A stretch of DNA of 56,661 nucleotides, taken from IMG/VR virus record IMGVR_UViG_3300025131_000044, positions 1 to 56,661 of that record; one strand, given 5' to 3'. Below the pieces are notes generated by a model. The model saw only the letters and a program-made list of their open reading frames with translations, was not told the origin of the DNA and did no database searches. A program made the translations under genes and the position numbers. This document shows positions 29,365 to 37,249 of this stretch, piece by piece (position 1 is the stretch's first letter; each line of letters opens with the position of its first letter). The stretch comes from a virus. Taxonomy: Duplodnaviria; Caudoviricetes.

Positions 29365-30642
29365 TTATTCCCCTCTTACTGATTCTCTAAATATTTCAAG
29401 TTTACCTTCTTTATTAGTTATTAAACTACCGTGTAATACTTTTACATCTAGTCCTTGCAAGGCACTTAAATGTAGTTTTTTAGGACCGTGTGCTCCTAAT
29501 GTCCAAGTATTCTCTGGAATGTAAACGAATCCGACCCAAAACATTTCAAAGGTATCATTACTTGATACTAGTATATGATATCCAATTTTCTCAGAACCAG
29601 ATGTCCAGTATGTACTACCGATGTTATGTTTAGTTTCAATATCAAAAGGTTTAAAGTTAGTAGCATCTTGAGCTGGAGATTTTATATCCATATGAGAATT
29701 ATCATCTGGAGCTTCAGCTTTTATACCTCCTAATTTTAACATGCCTGCAGGTAAAACTTTGGTCACATAATTGTGACACAGAGTAGATAATGCTGCAGCA
29801 TCAAATGTCTTACCAGGATATATATCACCACTATTAAATGGGTCAACTGAAATATTCAGCATTTTATTCATCCAACCTTTCATAGTACCTAGAATTGGTT
29901 TAACCATATCAGTAGTAATCAAGTTATCGTGACATGGTAGTTTAGGCAATACAAGTCCTAAATCTCTGTTAGCATCACTCTTCTGAGTCTTAGAAGCCCA
30001 TGCTAAACTTTTGTTACCTTTTACAATATCATTCCAAAGTTCTGGTCTTGGTGGTAAATTTCTAGATGGGTCACCATCTACTAAAGTTTTATACTTACAA
30101 TATTTCTTATAAGAAAACCCTGCAGTACTACCATACACTTTTAAACCATAAGAACCGTTCACCGGCACAGTATCTACATTAAATTGTGACTTATGACTTT
30201 TTATAAATGCTTGTAATGCACAAAATTTGTCATACTCTGTTTCTTCAGGCCTCATATTATCATTAGCCATAATCTTCATTAATTCTACTGGTTTGTCTTT
30301 AAAGTCTTCCCAGGTATAATCTTTATCGTGAACTCTAACAGGTACATGCGACACACCTAAATGTTTAAGGGAACGCTTTCTATGATGACCACCTATCAAT
30401 AATAGAACATCACTAAAAACAATAGGAACTTTTTGTAATCCTTCTCCTTCTATTAAACTAGCTAATTCATTAATGTAATTACCGTGGTACTTACTCCAGT
30501 TTTTATATAATGTAAGATTATATTTGTTTTCATGCAATTCATCAATTGGTACGAGGGCGTCATATCTTAACCCCTTGTATATTTTTTGAGAAAGACTACA
30601 AGTATCTTTCAATGTTATGTTTGTATAATGTGTAATATCCAT
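29365..30642 (-). CDS. ParB/Srx N-terminal domain protein with possible C-terminal nuclease-like domain
   Basis: INELASLIEGEGLQKVPIV...LIGGHHRKRSLKHLG..VPV; start moved to MDITHY behind AAGGAG. Confidence 0.75.
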   Translation of the reverse strand: MDITHYTNITLKDTCSLSQKIYKGLRYDALVPIDELHENKYNLTLYKNWSKYHGNYINELASLIEGEGLQKVPIVFSDVLLLIGGHHRKRSLKHLGVSHVPVRVHDKDYTWEDFKDKPVELMKIMANDNMRPEETEYDKFCALQAFIKSHKSQFNVDTVPVNGSYGLKVYGSTAGFSYKKYCKYKTLVDGDPSRNLPPRPELWNDIVKGNKSLAWASKTQKSDANRDLGLVLPKLPCHDNLITTDMVKPILGTMKGWMNKMLNISVDPFNSGDIYPGKTFDAAALSTLCHNYVTKVLPAGMLKLGGIKAEAPDDNSHMDIKSPAQDATNFKPFDIETKHNIGSTYWTSGSEKIGYHILVSSNDTFEMFWVGFVYIPENTWTLGAHGPKKLHLSALQGLDVKVLHGSLITNKEGKLEIFRESVRGE

Positions 30643-30718
30643 TACCACTCCTTTGTTTGCGGTTGACATCCAAACTATTTGTTTGGGTTTCCCACATGGG
30701 AAATTTATCTTACTCTTT

Positions 30719-30773
30719 AATGTAAGGACTATTTGACAGAATTACAATACCTAAATTGTAACAGTTTGTAACA
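30719..30773 (-). promoter_or_regulatory. Promoter with TGTAACA-N3-TGTAACA direct repeat
   Basis: TTGTAA-N17-TACATT; repeats at 30757-30763 and 30767-30773. Confidence 0.65.
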
Positions 30774-30889
30774 GAATAGGGATACTGGTCAACCACTCGC
30801 TACCCACCACTTATCTTGATGTCTTTTTTCCAGATTCTTTCGAATCAACATCGAAGTGCCTAAGCCTTGTCCGTTGTGTATCCCTATTC
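30774..30889 (-). ncRNA. Candidate structured RNA (116-nt rod)
   Basis: Perfect 12-bp closing stem GAATAGGGATAC/GTATCCCTATTC, nested helices and a GAAA tetraloop. Confidence 0.5.
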
Positions 30890-30908
30890 ATATTAGGGGT
30901 GCAACTCC

Positions 30909-31229
30909 CTAATTATTAAATGTTCCATTAACATATTCATACCAATTTGGTCCTTTAACATACCAACATTTTTTATAAGCACCCATCCACTCACTTTGTA
31001 ATTCTACTATTCCAGATTGTCTGATGGCTGAAAAAAATGTAGAGTTGTGACCAGGTGAGTAATCTTTTTTTATAATCTTATAAAATCCTCTTTTAGTAGC
31101 TTTCATATTATATTGTTCCGCTGACCTAATATATTTCATAAATAACTTAGTTAAATAGCCTGCTTTATTAATATCACTAAATGTCATATTACCTGCAAAA
31201 TATCTTTTTTTCTTTTTAGTTGGTTTCAT
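30909..31229 (-). CDS. Hypothetical basic protein (possible winged-helix)
   Basis: 106 aa; ...FFSAIRQSGIV...WYVKGPNW. Confidence 0.6.
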   Translation of the reverse strand: MKPTKKKKRYFAGNMTFSDINKAGYLTKLFMKYIRSAEQYNMKATKRGFYKIIKKDYSPGHNSTFFSAIRQSGIVELQSEWMGAYKKCWYVKGPNWYEYVNGTFNN

Positions 31230-31237
31230 ACCACCCC

Positions 31238-31456
31238 TTATCTCTCTAAATCTATTACATCACCAAATGCTTCATCAAACACCTTGATTAAATTTTCATA
31301 ATTACCAGACTTCATATCTGGTAATATCATATCTACATCTAAATCTAATTGTCCACATAACTTACTCGCTAAACCTAATAGATAAAATGCATTACCTTGA
31401 GGACCTGTTAAATCTATTACTTGTTTTCTTGTTGTATCTTTACTTATTATAGCCAT
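31238..31456 (-). CDS. Conserved-type small phage protein
   Basis: IDLTGPQGNAFYLLG...MKSGNYENLIKVFDEAFG; start moved to MAIISK behind AGGAG. Confidence 0.75.
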   Translation of the reverse strand: MAIISKDTTRKQVIDLTGPQGNAFYLLGLASKLCGQLDLDVDMILPDMKSGNYENLIKVFDEAFGDVIDLER

Positions 31457-31920
31457 TAAAAATCTCCTTTTGCTACTTGAAATGTGGTAAGACCATTTTG
31501 TCTCCACATATCAACTACTTGATTTCTGTCATCAAATACCATATCAATATTATCTTTACCAATACTATCTAACCACATTTTTTTTAAATCTGAATCTTTC
31601 ATATAAAGATGATTTTTTGGTCTCATAATTAGATGGTCAAACCATATATCGTGTTTATTTAACCAATCAATCGTAGCTTGATGTGTTACATCAGAACGAC
31701 CTGATAGTATCCATATTGAATGTGTAGTACTTAGTAATTTTGCCACTTGAACAACAGCATCATTAGGTATATCTAAATCAATATTATCAGGATTAAAGAA
31801 AACATCCCAATCCATTTTACCATTCTTAGTAGCTAAATCTCTTCGTTTATCTATAAGAGCTAGTGTACCATCTAAATCAAATATAACTGTTTTTTTGTTC
31901 AAAATAACTCCTTTATTCAT
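31456..31920 (-). CDS. HAD phosphatase similar to the 3'-phosphatase domain of T4 polynucleotide kinase (PseT)
   Basis: IFDLDGTLA, ILSGR, LIMRP..D..LK, FDDRNQVVDMWR..GL..FQVA.GDF; true start may be TTG at 31902. Confidence 0.88.
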   Translation of the reverse strand: MNKGVILNKKTVIFDLDGTLALIDKRRDLATKNGKMDWDVFFNPDNIDLDIPNDAVVQVAKLLSTTHSIWILSGRSDVTHQATIDWLNKHDIWFDHLIMRPKNHLYMKDSDLKKMWLDSIGKDNIDMVFDDRNQVVDMWRQNGLTTFQVAKGDF

Positions 31921-31925
31921 ATCTT

Positions 31926-31964
31926 AATATACGACGCTTTTATCTTATTGTCAAGCTTTTTTTT
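31926..31964 (-). promoter_or_regulatory. Sigma70-type early promoter
   Basis: A-tract-GC-TTGACA-N17-TATATT. Confidence 0.8.
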
Positions 31965-32004
31965 AATTATTTTAAAGTTTTTTTCTCTTATATTTATATG
32001 TGAT

Positions 32005-32166
32005 ATGATATATAAAATTCTAAAGAAAATACTTAATAGATTATTCGGATATAAATGGATATGTGAACATTGTGCTCGTATTGAATATTGTTCTCAACAA
32101 CCATTTTGTAAACATTGTTGTCATATACATAGAGCTAATGTAAAAATGTTTAGGATTAAAAAGTGA
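32005..32166 (+). CDS. Small Cys-rich (Zn-binding) protein
   Basis: MIYKILKK...CEHC...CKHCCH; TATTTATA at 31991-31998 upstream. Confidence 0.55.
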   Translation: MIYKILKKILNRLFGYKWICEHCARIEYCSQQPFCKHCCHIHRANVKMFRIKK

Positions 32167-32522
32167 TTAAATTAAAAGACTTATTAATAGAAGCTGATTA
32201 CTTAAAAGATGCTATGAATAATGGTAAAAAAATATTCAAGCAATTACAGAAGATGTATCCAGATATACCAAAGTTTCCATTAGTATTTAAAAATTTAAAA
32301 GGTAGAGGAACTGGATTTATAACTACAAGAAGAATTGGTGATAAAGATATTCCAATAAAGATGACAGTTGATAGTTCTGGTATGTCATCATATGATGCTG
32401 ATTATGGAGTATGTCACGAATTTGCTCACGCAATATTAGGATATACAAAAGGAAATTTAGGTCATAATAGAGCACACGATAATTTAACATATAAATTAGC
32501 AAAAAAGTTTGGATTGGCATAA
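32163..32522 (+). CDS. Small zincin-like (HExxH) protein with MIKLKDLLIE leader
   Basis: VCHEFAHAILG...GHNRAH. Confidence 0.75.
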   Translation: MIKLKDLLIEADYLKDAMNNGKKIFKQLQKMYPDIPKFPLVFKNLKGRGTGFITTRRIGDKDIPIKMTVDSSGMSSYDADYGVCHEFAHAILGYTKGNLGHNRAHDNLTYKLAKKFGLA

Positions 32523-32523
32523 G

Positions 32524-33633
32524 ATGATACATCTAACTACATTACTAGCAGAATCTAAACTCAAACTTAACATACCTTCCGATATAAAAAAACTCTATAA
32601 ATTATTTAAGAAGAATCGAAAACAACTATTCGTAGTTGGTGGTGCAGTTCGTGATGCTATATTAGGTAAGTCACCAAAGGACTTTGACTTAGCAACCGAT
32701 GCTAAGCCAGAAGAGGTAGAAGCTATAGCTAAACAGGGTGGATTTAAAACAGTTGATGTTGGTAAATCATTTGGTGTGGTTATAGTTAATGGTCACGAAA
32801 TAGCTACATTCAGAAAAGATATTGGTAAAGGTAGAAGACCTGACTCTGTAGATTACACTGATATTAAAGGTGATGTGATGAGAAGAGATTTAACTATTAA
32901 TGCTTTATTCTATGATTTAGGTAAAGGTGAAATTGTAGATTTAGTTGGTGGTATAGCGGACTTAAAGAAAAAGAAAATTAGAACTGTAGGTTCCCCATCT
33001 CAGAGGTTTGATGAAGACCCGCTCCGCAAGCTCCGGGCCGTTAGGTTCGCTGGTAGTGTTGGTGGTAAGATGACTAAAGATACATGGGCCGCATTAAAAA
33101 AAAATTCTGATATATCAGGTGTTAGTGGTGAAAGGATAAGAGATGAGTTTATAAAAGGTATTAAGAAAGCTAAATCAGTTCCAAACTATTTTAAAATGTT
33201 AAAAACATTAGGAATGTTCAAACAAATATTTCCTGGTTTGAGTGTTCTACATGGAAGTCTAAAAACAAATGATTATAAATTACAGATAGCTTATATGTTA
33301 CAAACTAATGGTGCTGATAAAGTTAAAAAGAAATTAAATAGTTTGAAGTATACCAATCAAGAAAATAATGACATATGGTTCTTAATTAAAATATCAAATG
33401 TAAGAGAAGTAATTGATAACTTACCTTCGATTAAAAATCTACAAAAGAATACTAAGTTAACTACATCACAAATTAAAGAATGGGCAAAGATAAACTCTAG
33501 TAAACATATTCTTAAAGTATGGAATTGGAAATTATCTGTTACTGCAGCTGATGCTAAAGCTGAAGGTTGGGTAGGTCAAGGTATTGGAAAATATATGAGA
33601 GAGAAAGAAGAAGAGTTGTTTAATAAGTCTTAA
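32524..33633 (+). CDS. cca: Class II tRNA nucleotidyltransferase (CCA-adding / poly(A) polymerase family)
   Basis: VVGGAVRD, KDFDLAT, EIATFRKD, RRDLTINAL, RFDEDPLRKLRAVRF, SGERIRDEF; start moved to MIHLTTLLAE. Confidence 0.9.
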   Translation: MIHLTTLLAESKLKLNIPSDIKKLYKLFKKNRKQLFVVGGAVRDAILGKSPKDFDLATDAKPEEVEAIAKQGGFKTVDVGKSFGVVIVNGHEIATFRKDIGKGRRPDSVDYTDIKGDVMRRDLTINALFYDLGKGEIVDLVGGIADLKKKKIRTVGSPSQRFDEDPLRKLRAVRFAGSVGGKMTKDTWAALKKNSDISGVSGERIRDEFIKGIKKAKSVPNYFKMLKTLGMFKQIFPGLSVLHGSLKTNDYKLQIAYMLQTNGADKVKKKLNSLKYTNQENNDIWFLIKISNVREVIDNLPSIKNLQKNTKLTTSQIKEWAKINSSKHILKVWNWKLSVTAADAKAEGWVGQGIGKYMREKEEELFNKS

Positions 33634-33881
33634 TACGAATCTCTCTTAGACATAAAATCAGCAAATAAAAAAATCAGTAACAATAGTATTACTGATATAC
33701 CTATTGATATACCTATTGATATACTTAATCTTATCCACAATACATATTCTAAAAAACTTGACAATACATATATCATATAAGTAATACCTATAGGACTCAT
33801 AATCATAACGAATTTCTCAATGTAACTCATACCAGAAAAGAAAGGCACTTTTTTAGATGTATCGTTATGTCTTTTTATCAT
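33630..33881 (-). CDS. Small membrane protein
   Basis: Two hydrophobic helices, AGGAG RBS. Confidence 0.65.
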   Translation of the reverse strand: MIKRHNDTSKKVPFFSGMSYIEKFVMIMSPIGITYMIYVLSSFLEYVLWIRLSISIGISIGISVILLLLIFLFADFMSKRDSY

Positions 33882-33893
33882 TTTGTTCTCCTA

Positions 33894-34103
33894 TCACTCC
33901 TCTATTTTATCATCATTTTTAAAGTAATCAGCCATATCTAATAGTCCTGAAAAACAAGTTGGACAAAAAGATACAGGTATCATACCAATCATACCTACTT
34001 GTAGCCCACCCTCCTGTTCACTAAATGTACAATCACAAATACTACATTTGAATTGAGGTATTTCTGATTCTTTTCCTGTATGTATGTCTATTATAGTAGC
34101 CAT
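33894..34103 (-). CDS. Small Zn-finger protein
   Basis: CSICDC...FCPTC. Confidence 0.7.
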   Translation of the reverse strand: MATIIDIHTGKESEIPQFKCSICDCTFSEQEGGLQVGMIGMIPVSFCPTCFSGLLDMADYFKNDDKIEE

Positions 34104-34534
34104 TAGTTTACGATAAAGTTTATTGTTGAATTGATTTCTTCGTTAACATATCCTGTAATACTTAATGTATCACCTAAAAAATCCTGATATAAATAAATAA
34201 ATGTCTGACCAGTAGAATCAGCTCTCGTGTATGTAGAAAAGTTAACAATAGGTTCAGTAACAGGGAAACCCATATGATATACAGTAAACGAATCAACACT
34301 AGTCCAATACACACGCGTCCACGGTAAAGACTCATAGTATATAGCCGTGTACGAATTGCTTTCTAAGTCGGGATAATCAATTAAATAATAGCCATTAGAG
34401 TCTTGTGTAGTATCCATATACAAAGTCAGGAAGTTGTTATCAATCGTATTATCTGTATTATATAGTATACTATCAGAACAACCACATAACAATAACAACA
34501 ATAACAACAATATAAGTATTCTCATATATAACAC
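34103..34534 (-). CDS. Putative lipoprotein
   Basis: Poly-Leu signal peptide ending LCGC; AGGAG RBS. Confidence 0.7.
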   Translation of the reverse strand: MLYMRILILLLLLLLLCGCSDSILYNTDNTIDNNFLTLYMDTTQDSNGYYLIDYPDLESNSYTAIYYESLPWTRVYWTSVDSFTVYHMGFPVTEPIVNFSTYTRADSTGQTFIYLYQDFLGDTLSITGYVNEEINSTINFIVN

Positions 34535-34720
34535 TCCTATATTAAGTTAAGATGACTATAATTAAACTTATTAATTAGCCTGTTAGCTTCTGTAACATTA
34601 TACTCTATATATAAGTAGGTATAGATAAACAATAACTTAGTGGATTCTCGTGTATTGCCTTCGTGTTCCAACTCATCTATATAGTTCCATAAATCTATAT
34701 CATTCATTTACATACTCCTT

Positions 34721-34802
34721 GCTATCTCGACTGGATAGCGTTTATTACTCTTATAGTGAAAAAGCCTGCTGCAATTCGGCTGTCACTCCGAGCTCGATAA
34801 AC
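34721..34802 (-). ncRNA. Candidate structured RNA / cis-element
   Basis: Nested helices GTTTAT/ATAAAC, CTC/GAG, AGTGA/TCACT, AGCC/GGCT, then a GCTATC/GATAGC hairpin next to an RBS. Confidence 0.35.
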
Positions 34803-34840
34803 CATTTTTTTTAAAGCATGATTAACCGTTTCAAGTCATC

Positions 34841-34870
34841 AAAATAGAGGGGCCGGTTAAGACCCCTCTA
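34841..34870 (-). terminator. Intrinsic terminator after the AAA+ gene
   Basis: TAGAGGGGTC-ttaacc-GGCCCCTCTA-TTTT. Confidence 0.75.
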
Positions 34871-34884
34871 GTACCACACTCTCC

Positions 34885-36081
34885 CTAACTCGCTGACTCA
34901 GCCGCCTCTGCCATCTCTTCTTCATTAAATAAATCATCAGTTGACCCATCATCACAGAACTTCTGGACAATCTGCTTCACAAAAGTTCTCTCAGAGTCAA
35001 CACCACCAGTAGCGTCATACTGTGGATAGATACTAACCTCACTAGCCTCTTCTAATGAGAAGCCATCAAATAATAGTCCACACAATTCAACAGTTGTTCT
35101 TGTGGAAATACCACTACTAATCCTAGCAGTTTCACTATTAGACTCTGTTCTAGTTAATGTCGCTATCTTAGCCACACTACTAATAACACCACTATCGACA
35201 TTAGGAAACATATATGTAAGTAAGGAGTTTTCGTCTTCCTCTGATAGTATGTCCATCTCTACTATAGTGAATCTATCCATTAGAGCCTTATCCATCACTC
35301 TTGTTGATGTATACTCATTTCCAATGTTTGCAGTTGCTACGAAAGTAACACCATCAGCTACTTTAATAGTCTTCTGTTCATTCTGTTCATCTAACCTCAA
35401 GTATCTCTGACCATAGTCTAATACTGTCATTAAGATGTTCCAAGCATCTGGATGCGCTCTAGATAACTCATCTAGTAGTATCACTGCATTTGGAGTCTGG
35501 ATAGCTTTAACAAAAAGGGACTCAGAGAAATAAGTACCACTTTCACTATTAAAGTGAGTGTTACCGATTAAAGTAGCTCGTGGGTCTTGAGTCGCACCTA
35601 AGTTAAAGTAGTAGTCAGGTCTATCTAAAGCATTAACACAACACTTCGCTGCCATTGTCTTACCACAACCAGCAGCTCCTGTCATCATTATATTCTTACC
35701 TCGAACAGCAGACCTAACAAGGTATTTCCACTTCAATTCTTTCATCATCAAACCCTTAGGCTTTAGACTATATGAAGAATGTATAAAATTTAAAACCTCT
35801 TGATGCCCAGTGGGAACATCAACAGTAGGGGTAGAAGTAGTCTTATCTTCTGAAACTATGTTTGCAGTATCAAATAGAGAAGCATCTACTAGTGTTAAGC
35901 CACCATCAGTGGTAACTGCGATACATTGACCAGTATCAAAAGCTTTTTGACGAAGTGGTTTGGGAATGAACTTCGCAGGAACTTTGTTTCCAGTCCTGTC
36001 GAAAGCTGTGTATATAGTTGACATCTTGCCGAAGAGATTCTTCTCTGACGATTCAACCCTAAATATATTTTTGTAATTCAT
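34885..36081 (-). CDS. MoxR/CobS/NorQ-like AAA+ ATPase
   Basis: GAAGCGKT (Walker A), ILLDELSRA (Walker B), FVATANIGNEY, DKALMDRF. Confidence 0.92.
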   Translation of the reverse strand: MNYKNIFRVESSEKNLFGKMSTIYTAFDRTGNKVPAKFIPKPLRQKAFDTGQCIAVTTDGGLTLVDASLFDTANIVSEDKTTSTPTVDVPTGHQEVLNFIHSSYSLKPKGLMMKELKWKYLVRSAVRGKNIMMTGAAGCGKTMAAKCCVNALDRPDYYFNLGATQDPRATLIGNTHFNSESGTYFSESLFVKAIQTPNAVILLDELSRAHPDAWNILMTVLDYGQRYLRLDEQNEQKTIKVADGVTFVATANIGNEYTSTRVMDKALMDRFTIVEMDILSEEDENSLLTYMFPNVDSGVISSVAKIATLTRTESNSETARISSGISTRTTVELCGLLFDGFSLEEASEVSIYPQYDATGGVDSERTFVKQIVQKFCDDGSTDDLFNEEEMAEAAESAS

Positions 36082-36115
36082 AAAAACTCCTTTTTATCAT
36101 TTTTTCTTACATTAT

Positions 36116-36181
36116 AATATAAGGAAGAAAACCCATATAAGTCAAGCTTTTTCTTAGAAAAAATTGTAACAATATGTAACA
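36116..36181 (-). promoter_or_regulatory. Early promoter with upstream TGTAACA-N3-TGTAACA direct repeat
   Basis: TTGACT-N18-TATATT; repeats at 36165-36171 and 36175-36181. Confidence 0.8.
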
Positions 36182-36204
36182 AGAGTTAAAGTCCAATACA
36201 TTAT

Positions 36205-36378
36205 ATAAAGCAGACCCCGCGAGAAAGGAGTAATGAAAAACGCGGGGCCTACATAGTGTACATACACTATTTATCTGTAACCATTAAAATCGTGAGGAGA
36301 GAACCGGGAGGGACTGAACTATTATACCATACACCCGGAGGGAATCGTGGTACAAGTTAAGTATGCCGGTTGCTCTCA
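36205..36378 (-). ncRNA. Candidate multi-hairpin small RNA with anti-Shine-Dalgarno loops
   Basis: GC-rich, three hairpins, CCCTCC twice, and loop TTTTTCATTACTCCTTTCT on a 12-bp stem. Confidence 0.5.
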
Positions 36379-36382
36379 GTTC

Positions 36383-36490
36383 TTATTCTACAAAATCATC
36401 AAAATCAAACTCTTCTATACTGTTCTCTATAGAGGCCAATTCTTCATCAGTAGGCTCTATATCTATTTTATCATTTGGGTCAAATATCAT
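36383..36490 (-). CDS. 35-aa highly acidic peptide
   Basis: MIFDPNDKIDIEPTDEELASIENSIEEFDFDDFVE; AAGGA RBS. Confidence 0.6.
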   Translation of the reverse strand: MIFDPNDKIDIEPTDEELASIENSIEEFDFDDFVE

Positions 36491-36499
36491 ATACTTTCC

Positions 36500-36598
36500 T
36501 TATTTACAAAATTTCATATCTATCCAGGCCCATAGTGCTATACCTAGAAAGAAGTAAGTTACCCAAGCAAACGGATTCAAAACAAAAAATTCATACAT
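36500..36598 (-). CDS. 32-aa membrane peptide
   Basis: MYEFFVLNPFAWVTYFFLGIALWAWIDMKFCK; AGGGAG RBS right after an early promoter. Confidence 0.6.
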   Translation of the reverse strand: MYEFFVLNPFAWVTYFFLGIALWAWIDMKFCK

Positions 36599-36625
36599 AA
36601 AAACTCCCTTTTTTAATTACACTAT

Positions 36626-36858
36626 AATATACGACGCTTTAGCTATATAAGTCAAGCTTTTTTTTCAATTATTTTAACTTTTTTTACTCTTTTGGCCGGC
36701 CATGCTAGGGTAACCGGCTCTCTATATAATATACGACGCTTTTACCATACAAGTCAAGTAAAATCGGCAAATATATCATAACTATTTTGTAACATTCTTG
36801 GGCCCCGCGGTATCCAGCCCACTATATAATATACACACGCTTACCCATATAAATCAAG
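36626..36858 (-). promoter_or_regulatory. Three tandem early promoters at about 100-bp spacing
   Basis: TATATT at 36626, 36728, 36828, each 18 nt from TTGACT/TTGACT/TTGATT. Confidence 0.8.
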
Positions 36859-37000
36859 TCTTTTATGTGTTTATTTATAGCAAAAATCTTTTTTCTTGAT
36901 ATGTATGTGTAGTATATTGCTATCCCCCAAATACATTATATCCTTGTCGGCAAACACTCCATATAGTATCAAATCCCGTACATTCCAGGGAAAGGTATAA

Positions 37001-37249
37001 CTAGGACTTGTCCTTGTGTGTATCAGTGTTAAACAAAGTATCACGAAGTTCTCCGTACTCTCGCTTATTAGTAACTAGTCGTATCATACCACTGCTTACA
37101 CCTCTAACTTGACTTATTGCACTTAATATCAGTACTAATGCAATCAATATTGCTGTCTTCCACCATTGTATTCCCATACCACATAACATAAACACTATAA
37201 TACCCCAAGTAACAGTTTGTGCTATTTGTAACCATTTATCTGCTTTCAT
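37001..37249 (-). CDS. Small membrane protein
   Basis: Two hydrophobic helices. Confidence 0.65.
   Translation of the reverse strand: MKADKWLQIAQTVTWGIIVFMLCGMGIQWWKTAILIALVLILSAISQVRGVSSGMIRLVTNKREYGELRDTLFNTDTHKDKS

Noticed and set aside
30774-30889. SRP (4.5S) RNA or hammerhead ribozyme
   Set aside because: Length fits SRP, but the CAGG/AGCA internal-loop motif and the CUGANGA core are absent
33695-33724. 12-bp tandem repeat GATATACCTATT
   Set aside because: Encodes ISIG repeats in a transmembrane helix
34486-34512. AAC/AAT microsatellite
   Set aside because: Encodes the poly-Leu signal peptide
23914-36081. Cobalamin biosynthesis (CobS/CobT) as an auxiliary metabolic function
   Set aside because: No cobN or other cob genes; the motifs only support a generic MoxR AAA+/VWA pair
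36620-36860. Regularly spaced repeats suggesting a CRISPR array
   Set aside because: Repeats are imperfect promoter consensus sequences at 100-bp spacing and there are no cas genes
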